Shown here: positions 24,509 through 36,972 of the stretch, one piece after another
Numbering within the stretch: position 1 is the stretch's first letter
Layout: every line of letters begins with the position of its first letter
DNA from: Carpediemonas membranifera BICM
Lineage: Eukaryota > Protista > Fornicata
Assembly (NCBI GenBank): GCA_019828565.1
Contig: JAHDYR010000033.1
Coordinates: 91,727-155,726 of the forward strand
Reading direction: 5' to 3'
Length of the DNA stretch: 64,000 nucleotides
Translations under genes and position numbers: made by a program
Notes under the pieces: generated by a model
What the model saw: the letters and a program-made list of their open reading frames with translations, nothing else
Database searches by the model: none
What the model was told of the DNA's origin: nothing

Positions 24509-25731
24509 ATGGAAGGAAGCCCGCAGGAGATGGAAACAACCATGGAAGCTGTGAAGAATGCTTGGTTGTGCACCATCAGTAAGAAATCTTCCCGGAAAGC
24601 GGCTGCAAACAACCTTTCGCGGTTCGTTCAATTCTTACAACGTGAGCGAGGGAGTACCGAGGACGAAGCGCTCTCCGTGATCCGGTCCGAGGAGGTTAGA
24701 TCGCTTGTGCCCGGTTTTGCTGCATCATTGAACAAGGCAACCGCTGCTGTCACTCTCAGTGCCGTCAACTCATTCCGAAACTCCGGCAGAGACAATGTCA
24801 AGCCGCTTGGGCAGTTTGAGCCTGTCGCATCGGAAGCTATTGTCCGACTAGTCTTCCCCTACAATGCGCTGGCTCTTATCATCAGCCACACGGGCATGAC
24901 TGCCACATCAGCCCGCGATATTGATGTGAGCGAGCTCCAGATTCCCCGGAACTCTCTGACTGGTTGCTATTCACCGGGGCACCATCTGCGATGTCCGCTG
25001 TGATGCCTAGCACCTTCTCGCAGGCTCTCAAGTCGGTCGGGCTGAGTGTTAACCAGCTTCGCTATGCGCCCACTGTGCATGTCGATCTCAATCAGCTCAA
25101 GAAGCGGGTGATTGAGACACAAAGACGGACTGGCAGGCCCAGGGATCCGATCAAGGTTCGTAAGGTCATTAAGGACAAGCGCATCAGCCTGACCGATGAG
25201 CAGTTCAGGCACCAGTTGGCGTCCAGTCACTTAACGACCACGCGGCGCCCAACGATCCTCGATCTCAACCCGGAGATCCGAAGCTCTGCCGACCTGGTGC
25301 CGCCGACGCTCGATAACTGGCTTTACAACAGGCTCAAGGCCAGAATGATCGAGCTTCACGATACTAAGAAGAAAGAGAGGCAGAGCGAGGCTGACAAGGA
25401 GGCGGAGTTCGGCTCGCCGACTCGCGAGACAGAGATGCCAGAGGGCGAGAGAGAGGGCGATACTGACGAGGAGGCGGTGTCCGACGAGCCAGCTTACCAG
25501 GCAGAGTGGATGCACTACGAGGTGCCAGCTCGCGAGGAGAGCGAGGAGGGCGCCTTTGGTGAGGAGGTGGACTTATGCAAGAGTGCCGATGAGGAACCAA
25601 AGATCGACCACGACGAGCATGGCGGGGAGGTGGCGGGCAGAGATGGTGATGGGGAGATTCAAGAGAACGTGACTGATGAGGAGCGCTCAGAGAGCGATAC
25701 TGCCGACAGTATCGTCTTTTCCTTCATCTGA
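24509..25731 (+). CDS. Hypothetical protein, possibly a degenerate tyrosine-recombinase fold, with acidic tail (frameshift ~24970)
   Basis: NLSRFVQFL, LSAVNSF, ALIISHTGMTATSARDI (box-I-like, no Arg), SVNQLRYA (box-II-like). Confidence 0.3.
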
Positions 25732-25895
25732 CATTGTAAAGAGGAAGAGTTTATGATTGGAGCATAGCTGATGTCCATAAACACCATTCATAAGCCAGTC
25801 CTGTCTTGTTTTCCACTGCTACTTCTCTCGTTGCGACGCACAGCTAGCTGTCGCGAAATGCACTTTAAGACCGAATTTCACACAGCTACCTGTGC

Positions 25896-26918
25896 ATGGT
25901 GTTTGAGCTAGATAGCGACAAGCTGGAGCGACTGACTTCCTTACCTGGTAATAGTAGACAATATCTGCACGACTTTGAACCTGAAAAGCTGCAGGTTGTG
26001 ATCAAAGTTGATGAGCATTATGGTATGGAGGTTCCCACCCTGCTAGCGCTCAAGGACAGTCCGCATGTCCTCCCTGTCGTCGATACAGGTTTTGTCGACC
26101 GTGATCCAGCCTTCATGGCTCCTTTGGTCAACTGTACCCCCTTCGCTGGCATCTGCAAGGCTCACTCCAGCGTGCAGTTCCGCTATGTTTCGCATCTGCT
26201 GCAGGCAGTATGCTACATGCATGACCACGGGGTTGTCCATTGCGATATTAAGCCAGACAACTTCCTCTTCAGCAAGAGTCAGAAGGGATACCTCATTGAT
26301 TTTGGGTCTGCAATGAGGAAGCCGGCTAATGGCGACGACAGGTGGGCCATACAACTGAGATTCGCATCCGAGTATCGCGGCACCCATGGATATTTGCCCC
26401 CAGAGCTTTTCTACGAGTACCTTGTCTCGCGCTCAGTGATTCCTGCTGCACGCGACACCTCCAAGCTCGCGCGCATGACGGCAGGGGCTCTTTCCGTCAC
26501 TTCTTATGTCGTGACACCTGCATCGGACATTTACTCTTGCGGTATTGTCATTATGATGCTCGTTAACGGTCTCTCTAAGTCCCCCTTTGCCGCGAAGGTG
26601 ACTGACATGGGTGCAAACATGGCGCAGATCGACAACAAGAAGAAGAAGAAGATGCTGAAGCTTGGTAGCTTGCTGAACTGGTGCCAATTCTATGGTGGGC
26701 AGTTGCAGTTGTCACCTCAGGCACAGACACATTTCAAAGATTGCCTCGAGTGTGTCAACGTGAACTCTGAGCTCCCGATTCGCGGCACCACGCCACCTAC
26801 TTGTCTCAGCCTGTACGACCTGGCAATGCAGATGCTCCACATCGCCGATAAAAAATTGCAAATTTTGAGATACAGAAGATTGAATCTGTCCCCCAGAAAA
26901 CCGAACATACTCCGATGA
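25896..26918 (+). CDS. Ser/Thr protein kinase, C-terminus replaced by transposon-end sequence
   Basis: HCDIKPDN, DFG, GTHGYLPPE, DIYSCG; from 26841 the sequence is a copy of the DNA transposon end. Confidence 0.85.
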   Translation: MVFELDSDKLERLTSLPGNSRQYLHDFEPEKLQVVIKVDEHYGMEVPTLLALKDSPHVLPVVDTGFVDRDPAFMAPLVNCTPFAGICKAHSSVQFRYVSHLLQAVCYMHDHGVVHCDIKPDNFLFSKSQKGYLIDFGSAMRKPANGDDRWAIQLRFASEYRGTHGYLPPELFYEYLVSRSVIPAARDTSKLARMTAGALSVTSYVVTPASDIYSCGIVIMMLVNGLSKSPFAAKVTDMGANMAQIDNKKKKKMLKLGSLLNWCQFYGGQLQLSPQAQTHFKDCLECVNVNSELPIRGTTPPTCLSLYDLAMQMLHIADKKLQILRYRRLNLSPRKPNILR

Positions 26919-27306
26919 TGTATACTGACTATATACCACCGTAGTATGGCCTGCTTTCTGGGGGACAGCTTCATTCTTTTGATTGGTTGATTCAGTCATT
27001 AGTTCCCGGCGACTGAGAAGGAGTTGACGCATAAAAACAACAGAGGATACTCTTTAGAACACACAGACTTTGCTGACAAGGCCACTTGGTCGTACGACCA
27101 CTTTTGCCTTCGACCTTAAAATGCGAGAGGCAATTTGCTCGACCACCAATCTCGCACATGTTACATCAAGCATGGATATGTCATTAATGCACTCGCATCT
27201 ATCATTTCAGCTGCTTCTTAGGACTTCGAACGCCCTGAAGCACAAATAAGGAATTTGCGTTTATCCTCCGTATATCCCCGGATTAACTGGCCATTCTAAC
27301 AGTATG
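26841..27306 (-). mobile_element. 466-bp copy of the left end (48-bp TIR at 27259-27306) of the 12-kb DNA transposon
   Basis: Near-identical reverse complement of 45287-45753; cuts E4 integrase. Confidence 0.92.
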
Positions 27307-27409
27307 ATGCCACGCGGTCTGGCGCGCTTGGATCTGTCGAGTCTTCAGACATGCCGGACAGGTCCGAACGAAGGCGTCGATGTAGGGGTCAATGGTCTCG
27401 CGTTGAGCT

Positions 27410-27491
27410 TGTCGGTTGAAATCATTTACAGTAAACCGCAGCGGGGTAAAAGTGGTCAAAACTGGACGGAGCAGTTTATAGACCGGTGACA
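27410..27491 (-). repeat. E3 3' LTR (82 bp)
   Basis: Identical to 31687-31768. Confidence 0.95.
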
Positions 27492-27549
27492 CTACCTCCC
27501 TTTTTGATGAGAAAACCCCCAACCTGCAAGGAACGGGGGAAAAAGATGG

Positions 27550-30500
27550 TTAGTAGAGTTTCAGGTTCTTCCTCGCCTTACGGGCCAACCTCTTCATCTC
27601 CTCGAGGTGTTTCACTCCCGAGAGTGGTTCTTCCGTTATGTTTTCGAATCCTACCCACTTGATGGCGGCTGTCACTTCTTTCCAGTCTACCGATACTACT
27701 CGCTCTACCTCCCATTTTTTCTGGTCGAAGCTTGCAAGTTGAAGCATCATCGTGTCCGTTACGGCATCCGTGTCGAACATCATGAGTTTTTCAATGTGGG
27801 TTGATCTGGTCGATCCGTCGAGTATCGACTGCAGGACTATTCTGTTATTATCAAGTACATCGTGTACCTTCCATGGGCCCCTGTTGCGCGCGTCTAGCTT
27901 CTGAGGGGCCTCATCTTTCCAGAGGACGTAGTCACCCGGCTTCAGTTCGGTGTTGACTATTGTCTTTTGGCCCGGGTTCACACTCTCTCTGGCAGTGGTC
28001 TCCAGGGCGTTAAGGGCCAGCTCCAGGTCCTTTTTGAACTCTGGGAAATCTCTGATCGGAGAGTTGTTGTCGTTCGTCCACCAGCTTGTAAACATGTTGT
28101 GCTCATGGCCAAATATCAGCTCGTGCGGGGAGAACTTCGTGGCCGTATGTGTCGTGCCGTTGATAATCATCTGGACCGTCGGTAGGAGTCCGCACCACTG
28201 GTCTTTGTAGGCTATTGCCAGGACAAGCCACCGTAGGTGTCTTCCAATCTCCGCATTCCTTCTCTCCACGAGACCATTGCTCTGTGGATGAAACGGGATG
28301 GTGAAGTGGTGTGCGACTTTCAATGACGTTGTGAGTTGTTCAACTATCGAGTTCGCGTACTCCGGGCCGCCGTCGGACAGAATCTCCGCCGGTATCCCGT
28401 GTCGCGTGAAAACGTGGTCCCATAGGGCCCTGGCGGAGGTCTCGGCGTCGATCGATGCGACTGCGACGAGCTCGGTGTATCTTGTAAACATGTCTACAGC
28501 CACAATGATGTAGCGAGCGCCCAGCGAATCCGTTGGGAGAGGGCCAATTGTGTCGACTGCCACTGTCTCCCATGGTCTGGTGCGTCTTGTCTGGCCCTTT
28601 TGGGCGATAAAGTAGTCCTTGATGCGAGTCTTCAGACAAATGGGGCACGTCTTGATGTGCTTTTTGACGTCCAAGAGCATCCCCGGCCAAAATGCAGACG
28701 TGGCGAGTGCTTGGAACGTTGAATTTGCTCCCGTATGAAATTGGTGAGCGGTCCGAAGGGCCTTGTCGCGTGTCTCTCCCTTGGGGATAATCGGCACTCC
28801 GTCCTTGAAGTAGATCGAGTTTTCGATGGATACTCCCTCTAGTTTCTCCCAGCCGACTCGAGTTGACTCAGGTGCCATGGCCTGGGCAGCCTGGATCAAC
28901 TCAAGGGTCAGCCCTGGGCCGGCGTCCTCCGCCTCTAGCAGGTTCAGCTGCGGCCCGAGGTCCCCCTCGGGGAAGGATACGCGACAGCATGTCTGCCATC
29001 TTGTTTGTCTCTCCAGCAATATGCTCGATCGTAATGTTGTAGTCCGACAAGACAGACGTCCACCGGAGGAGTTTCTTGGAAAGCTCCTTCCTCTGCATGA
29101 GATATACCAGATTCTGGTGGTCGGTGCGGATCTGTATGTTGTCCTTGAGGCGGAAAAGTTGAGCCATGTCAGGTCTCGTGAGACAAAAGATGATAGCATG
29201 AAGCTCTTGTTCGTAGGTCGGCCACCTAGTCTGGGTTGGCGTATGACACTTTGCGAAGAGCGAGACGATCTCTCGGTTGCCGGAGTCGTCTTCTTGGAAC
29301 AGAATGCCCCCTAGTCCGTCGTTCGACGCGTCCGTCTCGAGGGTCCACTTCTTTGAGAAGTCGGGGAAATGGAGGACTGTGTCTGAGCTGAGTCTCTCCT
29401 TGAACGTTGTAAACGCCTCTTCTTGTTTGGGGGTTCCAAGTTATGTTCTTTGAGTTCTCCTGTGCCGTTAGCATCTCGTTGAGAGGTTTGAGGATTCGTG
29501 ATGAGTCCGGGACGAACTGGGCGACATAGTTGAATGATCCCAGTGTCCTCTGAAGCTCCTTTGCGGTGGACGGGAGCGGTATGGCGTTTACCGCCTCTAC
29601 CTTCTCTGGGGCAAGTTGTTTCCCCTTCTCCGAGACAATATACCCGACGGCCTCGACGTGGGCTGAGCCTATCGTGCACTTCGGGCCTTTATGGCGCAGT
29701 GAATAATGTCTACAGATCCTGAAGACGGTTTTGATCAGGGTGAGAAACTGGGCCTCGGTCTTGGCGTAAATCAAGATGTCGTCAAGATAGATGTCCACCC
29801 CTTTGTGGAGGACCTCGGCGAACGCCTTCTGCATGGCGCGTTGGAATCTCGCCGGGGCGTTCATCAGGCCGAATGGACATCTGGTGAACTCGCAGTATGC
29901 GTCTGGAGTGACAAAAGCGGTTTTGGGGATATCTTCCTCGTGCATCCGCATCTGGTAGTAGCCTTGTCTGAGGTCTAGGCCTGCAAAGTATTTGCAGCCT
30001 GATGCTCGGTCTACAAACTCGCGCGTGTTAGGCAGGGGGAAGTTATCCCTCACTGTCTTGGAGTTTAACTCCTTGTAGTCAATGCAAAGACGGATCTTGG
30101 TCGATCCTTTGTGGCCCTGCCTGACTACTACGATCGGCGAGCTGTACGGCCCAGTCGAGTCCTGGATTATCCCGTCTCGCCTGAGTTGTTCTAGCTCTGT
30201 CGACACCAGGCCTTGGGTCACTGGGTCGAGTCTGCGAGCGCGGCATTGTACAATTGCCCGCTCGTCTATCAGTTCAATCGACATGGGTTCCAGTCGAGAC
30301 CCTTCCTTGGGTAGTTCTTCCTCGAAGATATCGTCAAATGAGTTGATTATCTCGAGAATCTCGGGTCGGATCTTCGACTCCGGGACGTGGACACCACAGT
30401 AGTCGTCGGTTATCGCCATGTTTGCGTCCTCCGTGAGATATTCATGGTAGAACGGCAGCCAGTCCTCGTCCTCCCTCAATTGAGGAGAGCTTGTGCAGGT

Positions 30501-31665
30501 TAAGGTTGAGTGTGCCATCGCCAATGAGTGCGAGTGACCTCAGCAAGTCACACCCGATGAGAGCCTTGAAGAACTCACCGGGGAGTACGTAGTACTTCCA
30601 TGTAACCTCCAACGGTGTGACACCTAGTGCTGGGAATGCTGCCTTAAATGTGACTGCTTGATCTGTCACGAGGGAGCGTCCGTCTCCTAGCGTGACCTTG
30701 ATCTTTTCCTCGAGAGAGGTCTGCACTGTGTCCTTGGGTAGGGTACGTAGTGCCTTCGAACTAATGAAGCTTCGGCTTGCACCAGTGTCTACAACGAACG
30801 AGTAAGTTTTGCCTTTTACAGTAGCGGGGGTCGTCAGTGGACCCTTCCCGCCCTTCTCGTTAGTCGACGCGCTGTCGGCGTTGTTGTTCTCGCTGTAGCG
30901 GGGGTGCTTATCGCATCTGAAGTCCATGTGGGGACCGCCACAGAAACGACAGGGGCGCGACGGCTTCTTGGGTCCGTCGGCCGGCGGGCGCTTGGCCGTG
31001 TCCGGGCGGTACTGGGCCTTCCTGGCCTGGGCCGGGGCCTTGGGTCCGCCGGCCGGGGTTTGCGAGAGGGGTTGATCATGGTCATACGCCCTAGCAGCCC
31101 TAAGAGCCACCGCTACGGTGTCCTCGAAGGTCTTGACGTTGTGGAGAGCAAGCAAGGTCTGTGCCTTCTTGCGGAATGCTGTCGGGTTCAGGGACTCCCT
31201 GAAGAGCCGTGCAGCCAGCTTATCAAAGCTTGCGAGCAGTTCGTCGGCATTGGGGTTGTCGTCGATGGGGTCCAAGAACCCTTCTGGGTCTGGCGTCTTG
31301 GAGTAGAGCTCGATGCGCTTGCGGAATGCTGCCGCTTGTAGTCTCGTGCCAGCTTCGAAGTTGCGTGCGGTGCTCGGCACCATGGGGAAACGAAGGTCTT
31401 GGAGCTCTTCGACGAGTGCTAGGATGGAGTGGGGAAGGAGCCGCTGGCGACACCATTCGGTGAAGTTCTTGAGAGTGTAGTTCTTGTCGGATGTGTCTAT
31501 GCCTTCGGCCTTGAGTTCGAGGGCAAATGACTCCTCAATGAGGACGGACAGTGGGATGCTTGGGTTTTGTATAGTAAAAATCGTTGCTCGGCGCTCAAAC
31601 TCCTCAAGAGTCTCTAGTGTTAGATTTGAAGGAGAAAGCTCAGGAATTTGAACAGTTAACGACAT
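27550..31665 (-). CDS. gag-pol: E3 gag-pol polyprotein (several frameshifts)
   Basis: CRFCGGPHMDFRC, VDTGA, YLDD, TDHQNL, integrase core, KWEVERVV..KWVG chromodomain. Confidence 0.9.
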
Positions 31666-31675
31666 CAGCACAGCT

Positions 31676-31687
31676 AATACTAGTATT
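31676..31687 (-). promoter_or_regulatory. Palindrome at PBS position of E3: AATACTAGTATT
   Basis: Perfect 12-bp palindrome starting at the LTR terminal A. Confidence 0.85.
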
Positions 31688-31768
31688 GTCGGTTGAAATC
31701 ATTTACAGTAAACCGCAGCGGGGTAAAAGTGGTCAAAACTGGACGGAGCAGTTTATAGACCGGTGACA
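31687..31768 (-). repeat. E3 5' LTR
   Basis: Identical to 27410-27491. Confidence 0.95.
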
Positions 31769-31772
31769 AGCT

Positions 31773-34614
31773 GGCGTTGCCAGCCTGCGGATGATTCTGG
31801 CTGATGGGTGGCCGGCGGATCCTCCATGAAGGGTCCGGAGGATGGCGCGGGCGTCTTCTGGTATGTCGTCAGTGGTCAGGAAGCAGCAGCGACTAAGAGC
31901 GTCTGCTACAGCGTTGTCCTCCCCTGCCACATGTGATATCTCCGCGGGGAACTGCTGGAGGGTGATCCTCCAGCGCATTACCTTCGGTGAGCAGTCCGAG
32001 CGCTTCATGAGGTAGACGATATTGCGATGGTCCGTGTGGACGTGTAGGTCCGTGGCCATGGTGAACAGGGGCTGCATGTCTGATCTGGTGAGTGCACTAA
32101 GGATACCATACAGTTCCTTATCATAGGTGCACCAGCGGCGTTGCACATCAGTTAGTCTCTTGGAGAATAACGTGACGGGCTGATGTTGGCCGTCCGCAGC
32201 GATCTGGTATAGAATACCGCCGACCGCGTTGTCGGACGCGTCTGTATAGAGATGCCAGGGTAGACCCGGGTCCGGCTGGGTGAGGGTGATGGCCTCCGCT
32301 GTGGCCTCCTTGAGGCTCTGGAGGGCCTGTTCTTGTGGATCACCCCACTCCTCGGCCTTGATTGCGTCATAGAGCGGGCCAAGAAGCTCCTGTGCGCGCG
32401 GAAGGTGCTCAGCGATGTAATTGAACATGCCAGCGATGCGTCGCATGTCCTTGACAGAGGTGGGAGATGTGATGTCGTTGAGGGCCTTGGCTCTCTCGGG
32501 GTCCACGCTGCGACCTTGCTCCGAGATGTCGAAGCCGACGACCTTGACCTTACGGGAGGCGAACTTGCACTTCGCGAGGTTAAGTCTCAAGTCATGGCGA
32601 TCGAGTAGCACTAAGGTGTGCTCTAGCGTCTGGAGGAATTCCTCCTGTGTCTTTGCGTGGATGAGGATGTCATCAATGTAGACCATAACACCCTTGTGAA
32701 GCACGGGTGCGAGGACTCCTTGCATGACTCTTTGGAAGTGAGACGGCGCATTTGCTAGGCCGAATGGCACCCGCACGAACTCGTCATACGCGTCTGGGGT
32801 GATCATAGCCGTCTTGCGGACGTCGTCCGGGTGGACTGGGACTTGATGATACCCGGACGTGAGGTCCAGCGCCGCGAAGAAGCGTGAGCCGGATGCTTCC
32901 CGTACAAACGACTTCAAGTCGGGGAGGGGGAAGTGGTCCTTGACTGTGATCCTATTGAGAGCTGTATAGTCAATACACAGTCTGATGGCGCCGGATGCCT
33001 TGTCTACGACGACAATGGGAGAGGCAAACGGTCCCTGTGAGGCCCGTGTGATACCTGCCGATCGCAGGCGCTGCAGCTCTTCTCTGACTTGCTCACGGCG
33101 TCTGGGATTGAGGCGGCGGGGCTTGGCTTGCACGAGGTGCTGTTCGTCCACTAGCGGGATGCGCATGGCGGGCACCTTGGCTCCTCCGGGCGCCAGGCCG
33201 TCAAAAACGTGAGGGTGCTGCACCAATATCGCTGTGATCGGTTGCTTAAGCTCCTCGATCTCAATGTTGGGCTGTACGTCGTCGGCCAGCAGTAATTCTT
33301 CTGCTGGTCTGAAAGGAATATCGTCCCCTTCGTCTGCTGCGGTTTCTTTCACGAGCTTAACAAAAAGGCCATCGGAAGTGAGGCATCCGAGGCTTCTCAG
33401 AATATCGCAGCCTATGAGGATCAGGGGGTTTTCCCTGGTATGATGTCGAGGTTGGCAGTGAAGCGGGTCTCGTGGCCAGCTAGGGCCACTCGGAGGTCCG
33501 CGGAGGTCCGGCCATTAGCGGTGGCCACTGACTGGTCTGCCAGTAAATAATGCCGCGTAGGGCCCGTTGAATGGGGTAGGGCGAGATCCTTTGCTAGTCC
33601 CTCCGAAACTCCTGAACGTCTGGCGCATGAATCAATGTGGAACACGTACTCTTGGCCATTTATATGGCCCGTAGTCTTGAGCACGTCGTCCTCGGTGTCG
33701 ATCTCGGCATCGTCAAGGATCATGGCCTCGAACGGGGTCTTGGCCTTGAGCTCAGATTTGGCTCTGAGGCCGCCGCCCGACTCCCTGGAGCGTGTCTTCT
33801 CTGAACGGGGACACTCGTTCCGCCAGTGATTGCCCTGGCAGATGGGGCAAGGGGTCTTCGGGGGCCTGTTGGTCGGATGGATGTCGTTCGGACGCGGCTT
33901 GGAGGTGGGAGCCGCTTCCTTGGCCTTGATGGGGAGGGCCTGCTTGGTGCTGGAGGATTCGTCAGTGTCGGGGTCGCTGTTGGCCTTGGTTCTGGCCTTC
34001 TTGGTGCGCACTAGATCGTAGCCGTAGCGCGTCATGTCCAGGCGAAGCTGGTCTTCAACCCGGGCGGCCTCGGTGATGAGTTTGTACACGTCCTCGAGCT
34101 TGGTTGGCTTTCGGAGGTCATACTCCGTGCGGACGACACGTTGGAAAGCGTCAGGTGCCAGATGGGAGAGGCACAGCTTGGTGTCTTTTTCGATGACGGT
34201 ATCGTCGTCGCGGGAGAGGTTCTCCTCTTCGGAGAATGTGCCCTTTGTGTAGAGCTGGAAGATGTCCTGGAATGCGTTGATGTACTTGCGCACAAGGACG
34301 GTGCGGGTGTTGAGGTCGGTGATAGTGGATTCACAGCGGACCTTGCTCAGCTCGGCGAGCCATTGGCGGGATGTTTGAGGGCCGACGAGCTTGTCGAGGT
34401 GCTTGAAGAGCTCCTCTTCGGTGATGGTTTCAGCGTTGAGGTCGAACTGTCGCTGAATGAGATCCGACAAGGCGTCGGTGAGGAAAAGGGAGGCTTTCGC
34501 GTCAGGTGCGAACACCTTGAGGCGTTGGACTTGCCTCTTGAAGGAGCGGACGCTCTCGCGGTCGAGGTTAATAGCGTCGAGCTCTGGAATTGTCATTTGG
34601 GTTTTGGCAAACAT
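31773..34614 (-). CDS. gag-pol: E4 gag-PR-RT-RNase H (frameshift ~33420)
   Basis: CPICQGNHWRNEC, IDSCA, YIDD, YTDAS, TDHRN. Confidence 0.9.
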
Positions 34615-34625
34615 GAGTCTGTACT

Positions 34626-34637
34626 AGAATCGATTCT
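34626..34637 (-). promoter_or_regulatory. Palindrome at PBS position of E4: AGAATCGATTCT
   Basis: Follows ...CGCCACA (same U5 end as E1); gag ATG 22 nt from the LTR. Confidence 0.8.
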
Positions 34638-34729
34638 GTGGCGACAACAGTATTTACACATAACCTGCGAAGCAGGGGTGAGTGTGCCCGTAGTTATAAA
34701 TAGCAATAATAATAACTGAGGCACTGACA

Positions 34730-36972
34730 CTAGCACTGACCTGCTACTGTGCACCACACTGGCTTGTACCCTTCCGTCTCGGGGGTCTGTGACTCCGACA
34801 TCCCATTCCGCGTTTGTGTGTGGTGAGATAATTGTTGTCAGTCCGCATCGTCTTCCGTTTCCTCCGTTTCTCTTCTCCTCGTCCACTTGTTCCACCGTTA
34901 GTCCTGCCATTGTGTATTGGAAGTCTCTAAAGGCTCCAACTCTGCTGTTTGCTGTCCTCCATGTTTCCTGGATGCAAACAGCGTCCAGATCCTTCCGTTT
35001 TTCGTGCAACATTGTTGCTATAGCTGCTGAGAAGTCTTCTCCTCCACCGATGTGTCCTTGGGAATTAATTGATGCAATCTTCATCTTGTGTTTTGAAATT
35101 TCCGAAAATCCGCAGTTTTGGGTTCTCCTGGTTTCTTTGCTATCCGGGTTTCGGGTCGATTCCGGGGACTGGCCTTCCTCTTCCTTCCCCCACGGTGCTG
35201 ATTCAGTCTGCGCCGCCTATTCGTCGTAAAAGGATCCCATCGTTGGGGGAGGACATAGTGATGCAACCTCCCCCTTGGCTGCCGGTACAGCCCACCGGCA
35301 GTGGTTTCGTGCTCACCTAATGCCGGACCCTGAGTGAGGCAGGGTGTTCTATTTGTTTTTGTTGCACGTATGTGTCGAGAAAAGAAGTAAATCCGTAGTC
35401 CTTGTATTCCTGAGAAGAGTCCTTTTATTCCACCAGTTCTCAGTCATCTCAGCCAGCTTGTCCATGGTGAGCTCATCGCTGCTCCCCTCGTCCTCGCTGT
35501 CCCTGGGCTGGTCGCCGGTTCCTCTCACTGCTTGGGTTCCGGTTGACCGTCCCCAGCTCCGTCCTTGAGTCTGCTGATTTCCTCTTGCAGCTGAGCTATC
35601 GTTCTGTCCTTGTCCTCCAGCTCCTTCTTGAGCTCGTCCACACGCTGCTTGCCCTTCTGCATCAGGAGTGTCTTCGTGTCCTTTGTCAGCTGGCGGGCCG
35701 CGTCTCTCTCCTCCTCCAGTCTCAGGTTCCTCTCCTTGAGGGTTTCCAGCTGCACGTGCAGCAAGTCCTTGTCGAGCTTGGCTCTCTTGGATCCGCCTGC
35801 AGGGGCTGCCTTCCTCTTCTCGGAGGTATCCTGGGTTCTGTCTGGGGGGGGGGTTGACTGTCCGATTGGCCCCAGTTCTCACGGGAGGGCTGTTGGGTTG
35901 CCTGGGGGTTGCCTCCATCCGGCTTCGCCTGTTCGATCCGCAGAGTCTGCTCCGAGTTACCCGGCCTGCGGGCCATCCAGTCTTCGATCCTTCGGGGTCC
36001 CAGCGGGCGTCCAATCTCCCTTCCGATCATGTTGTCTCTGTATTCCACGGCTACCTGGAGCGTCTCGTGGCCCGCGCGGGCTTGGTCCGGTGTGAGTGAG
36101 AAGCGTTTGTCCGAGTTCTTCTTCCTGTCCTCTGCCAGTGTGAGGTCCACCTTGTTCACCCAGGGCTCTGGGTCGTCCATGTGGGCCGTGGCCACCTGCT
36201 CTTCTTTGTCCCGGTTCCACAGGTACGTCATCCTGTCCATAATGTTGCCGTAAGGCCTTTGGTGCCCATGACTACCTCTAGCACTCCCCAGCCCATTCCG
36301 TACTTCGTGGACGCGGTTTGGGCAACCACTACGTGCCGTCCGGTGCATATCATCCGTTGTCGTCCCTAGCCGAGGTCGCTTCTTCGCCGCTGACGAAGAC
36401 CTCCTCTCTCAGCTCCTTCATGGATGTACGATTGTCCAGTGGGGCGAGGTCCAGGGAGGGGTCCCACACCCCTTCCCCGTTGTCACTGTCCGGAATGAGT
36501 CTGTTGGCTAGTGCCAATATGCTGTCCTGGGGGTTGCCCGTCATGAGAGCGAGAGTCCTGACTACGAAGAGTAGTGCGTCCGCAAATCCGCAGAGGTACC
36601 GCGTAGCCGAGTGCTGGTGGAAGGGGCAGCATGCCTTTGGTCTGCCTCTGCACTGCCAGTTGGAAGTCCACTTGTTGATCCAGTCCTTGTGCTCCACAAG
36701 TGCTTTGTCCATGTTGGCCCAGAAGTCTCCCTCTGCGCCCCAGTCCTTAGCCTTGCTGGCGATGTCCGTTTCATCCACTAGTCGTTCCTTGAAGAAGTCC
36801 TTGACCTCTGCATCCAAGCAGCCGCTTTTGCAGAAAGCTCTCTCCTCCATCGTGCTGCCCTTAGCGTAGATCATGATCTTTACCTTGTTGTCCGATTCCA
36901 TCTGGGTGATGGCCTCCTTCAATGTCCGAGCATATACGTGGAAGCCCACGAAGTGTCTTCTCATGTTCTGGG
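34730..36972 (-). mobile_element. LINE-A 5' portion: ORF1 (frameshifted, ~35400-36970) and start of ORF2 AP endonuclease (ATG 35084)
   Basis: MKIASINSQG...VCIQETW APE motifs; ORF1 homologous to LINE-B ORF1. Confidence 0.85.
35243..35345 (-). other. Conserved structured RNA candidate in LINE-A inter-ORF spacer
   Basis: Four stems shared with 39107-39202. Confidence 0.55.

Larger units (their letters stand above)
27410..31768 (-). mobile_element. Ty3/Gypsy chromovirus E3, full length, 82-bp LTRs
   Basis: Identical LTRs 27410-27491 and 31687-31768; TSD AGCT; PPT AAAAAGGGAGGTAG; removal restores E4 frame TPAQRE. Confidence 0.95.
27307..34729 (-). mobile_element. Ty3/Gypsy E4, 3'-truncated, contains E3; inferred 5' LTR 34637-34723 or 34729
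   Basis: gag-PR 33421..34614, RT-RH 31773..~33400, integrase Zn finger continues at 27307-27409 (CPAC); interrupts the LINE-A endonuclease. Confidence 0.88.
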
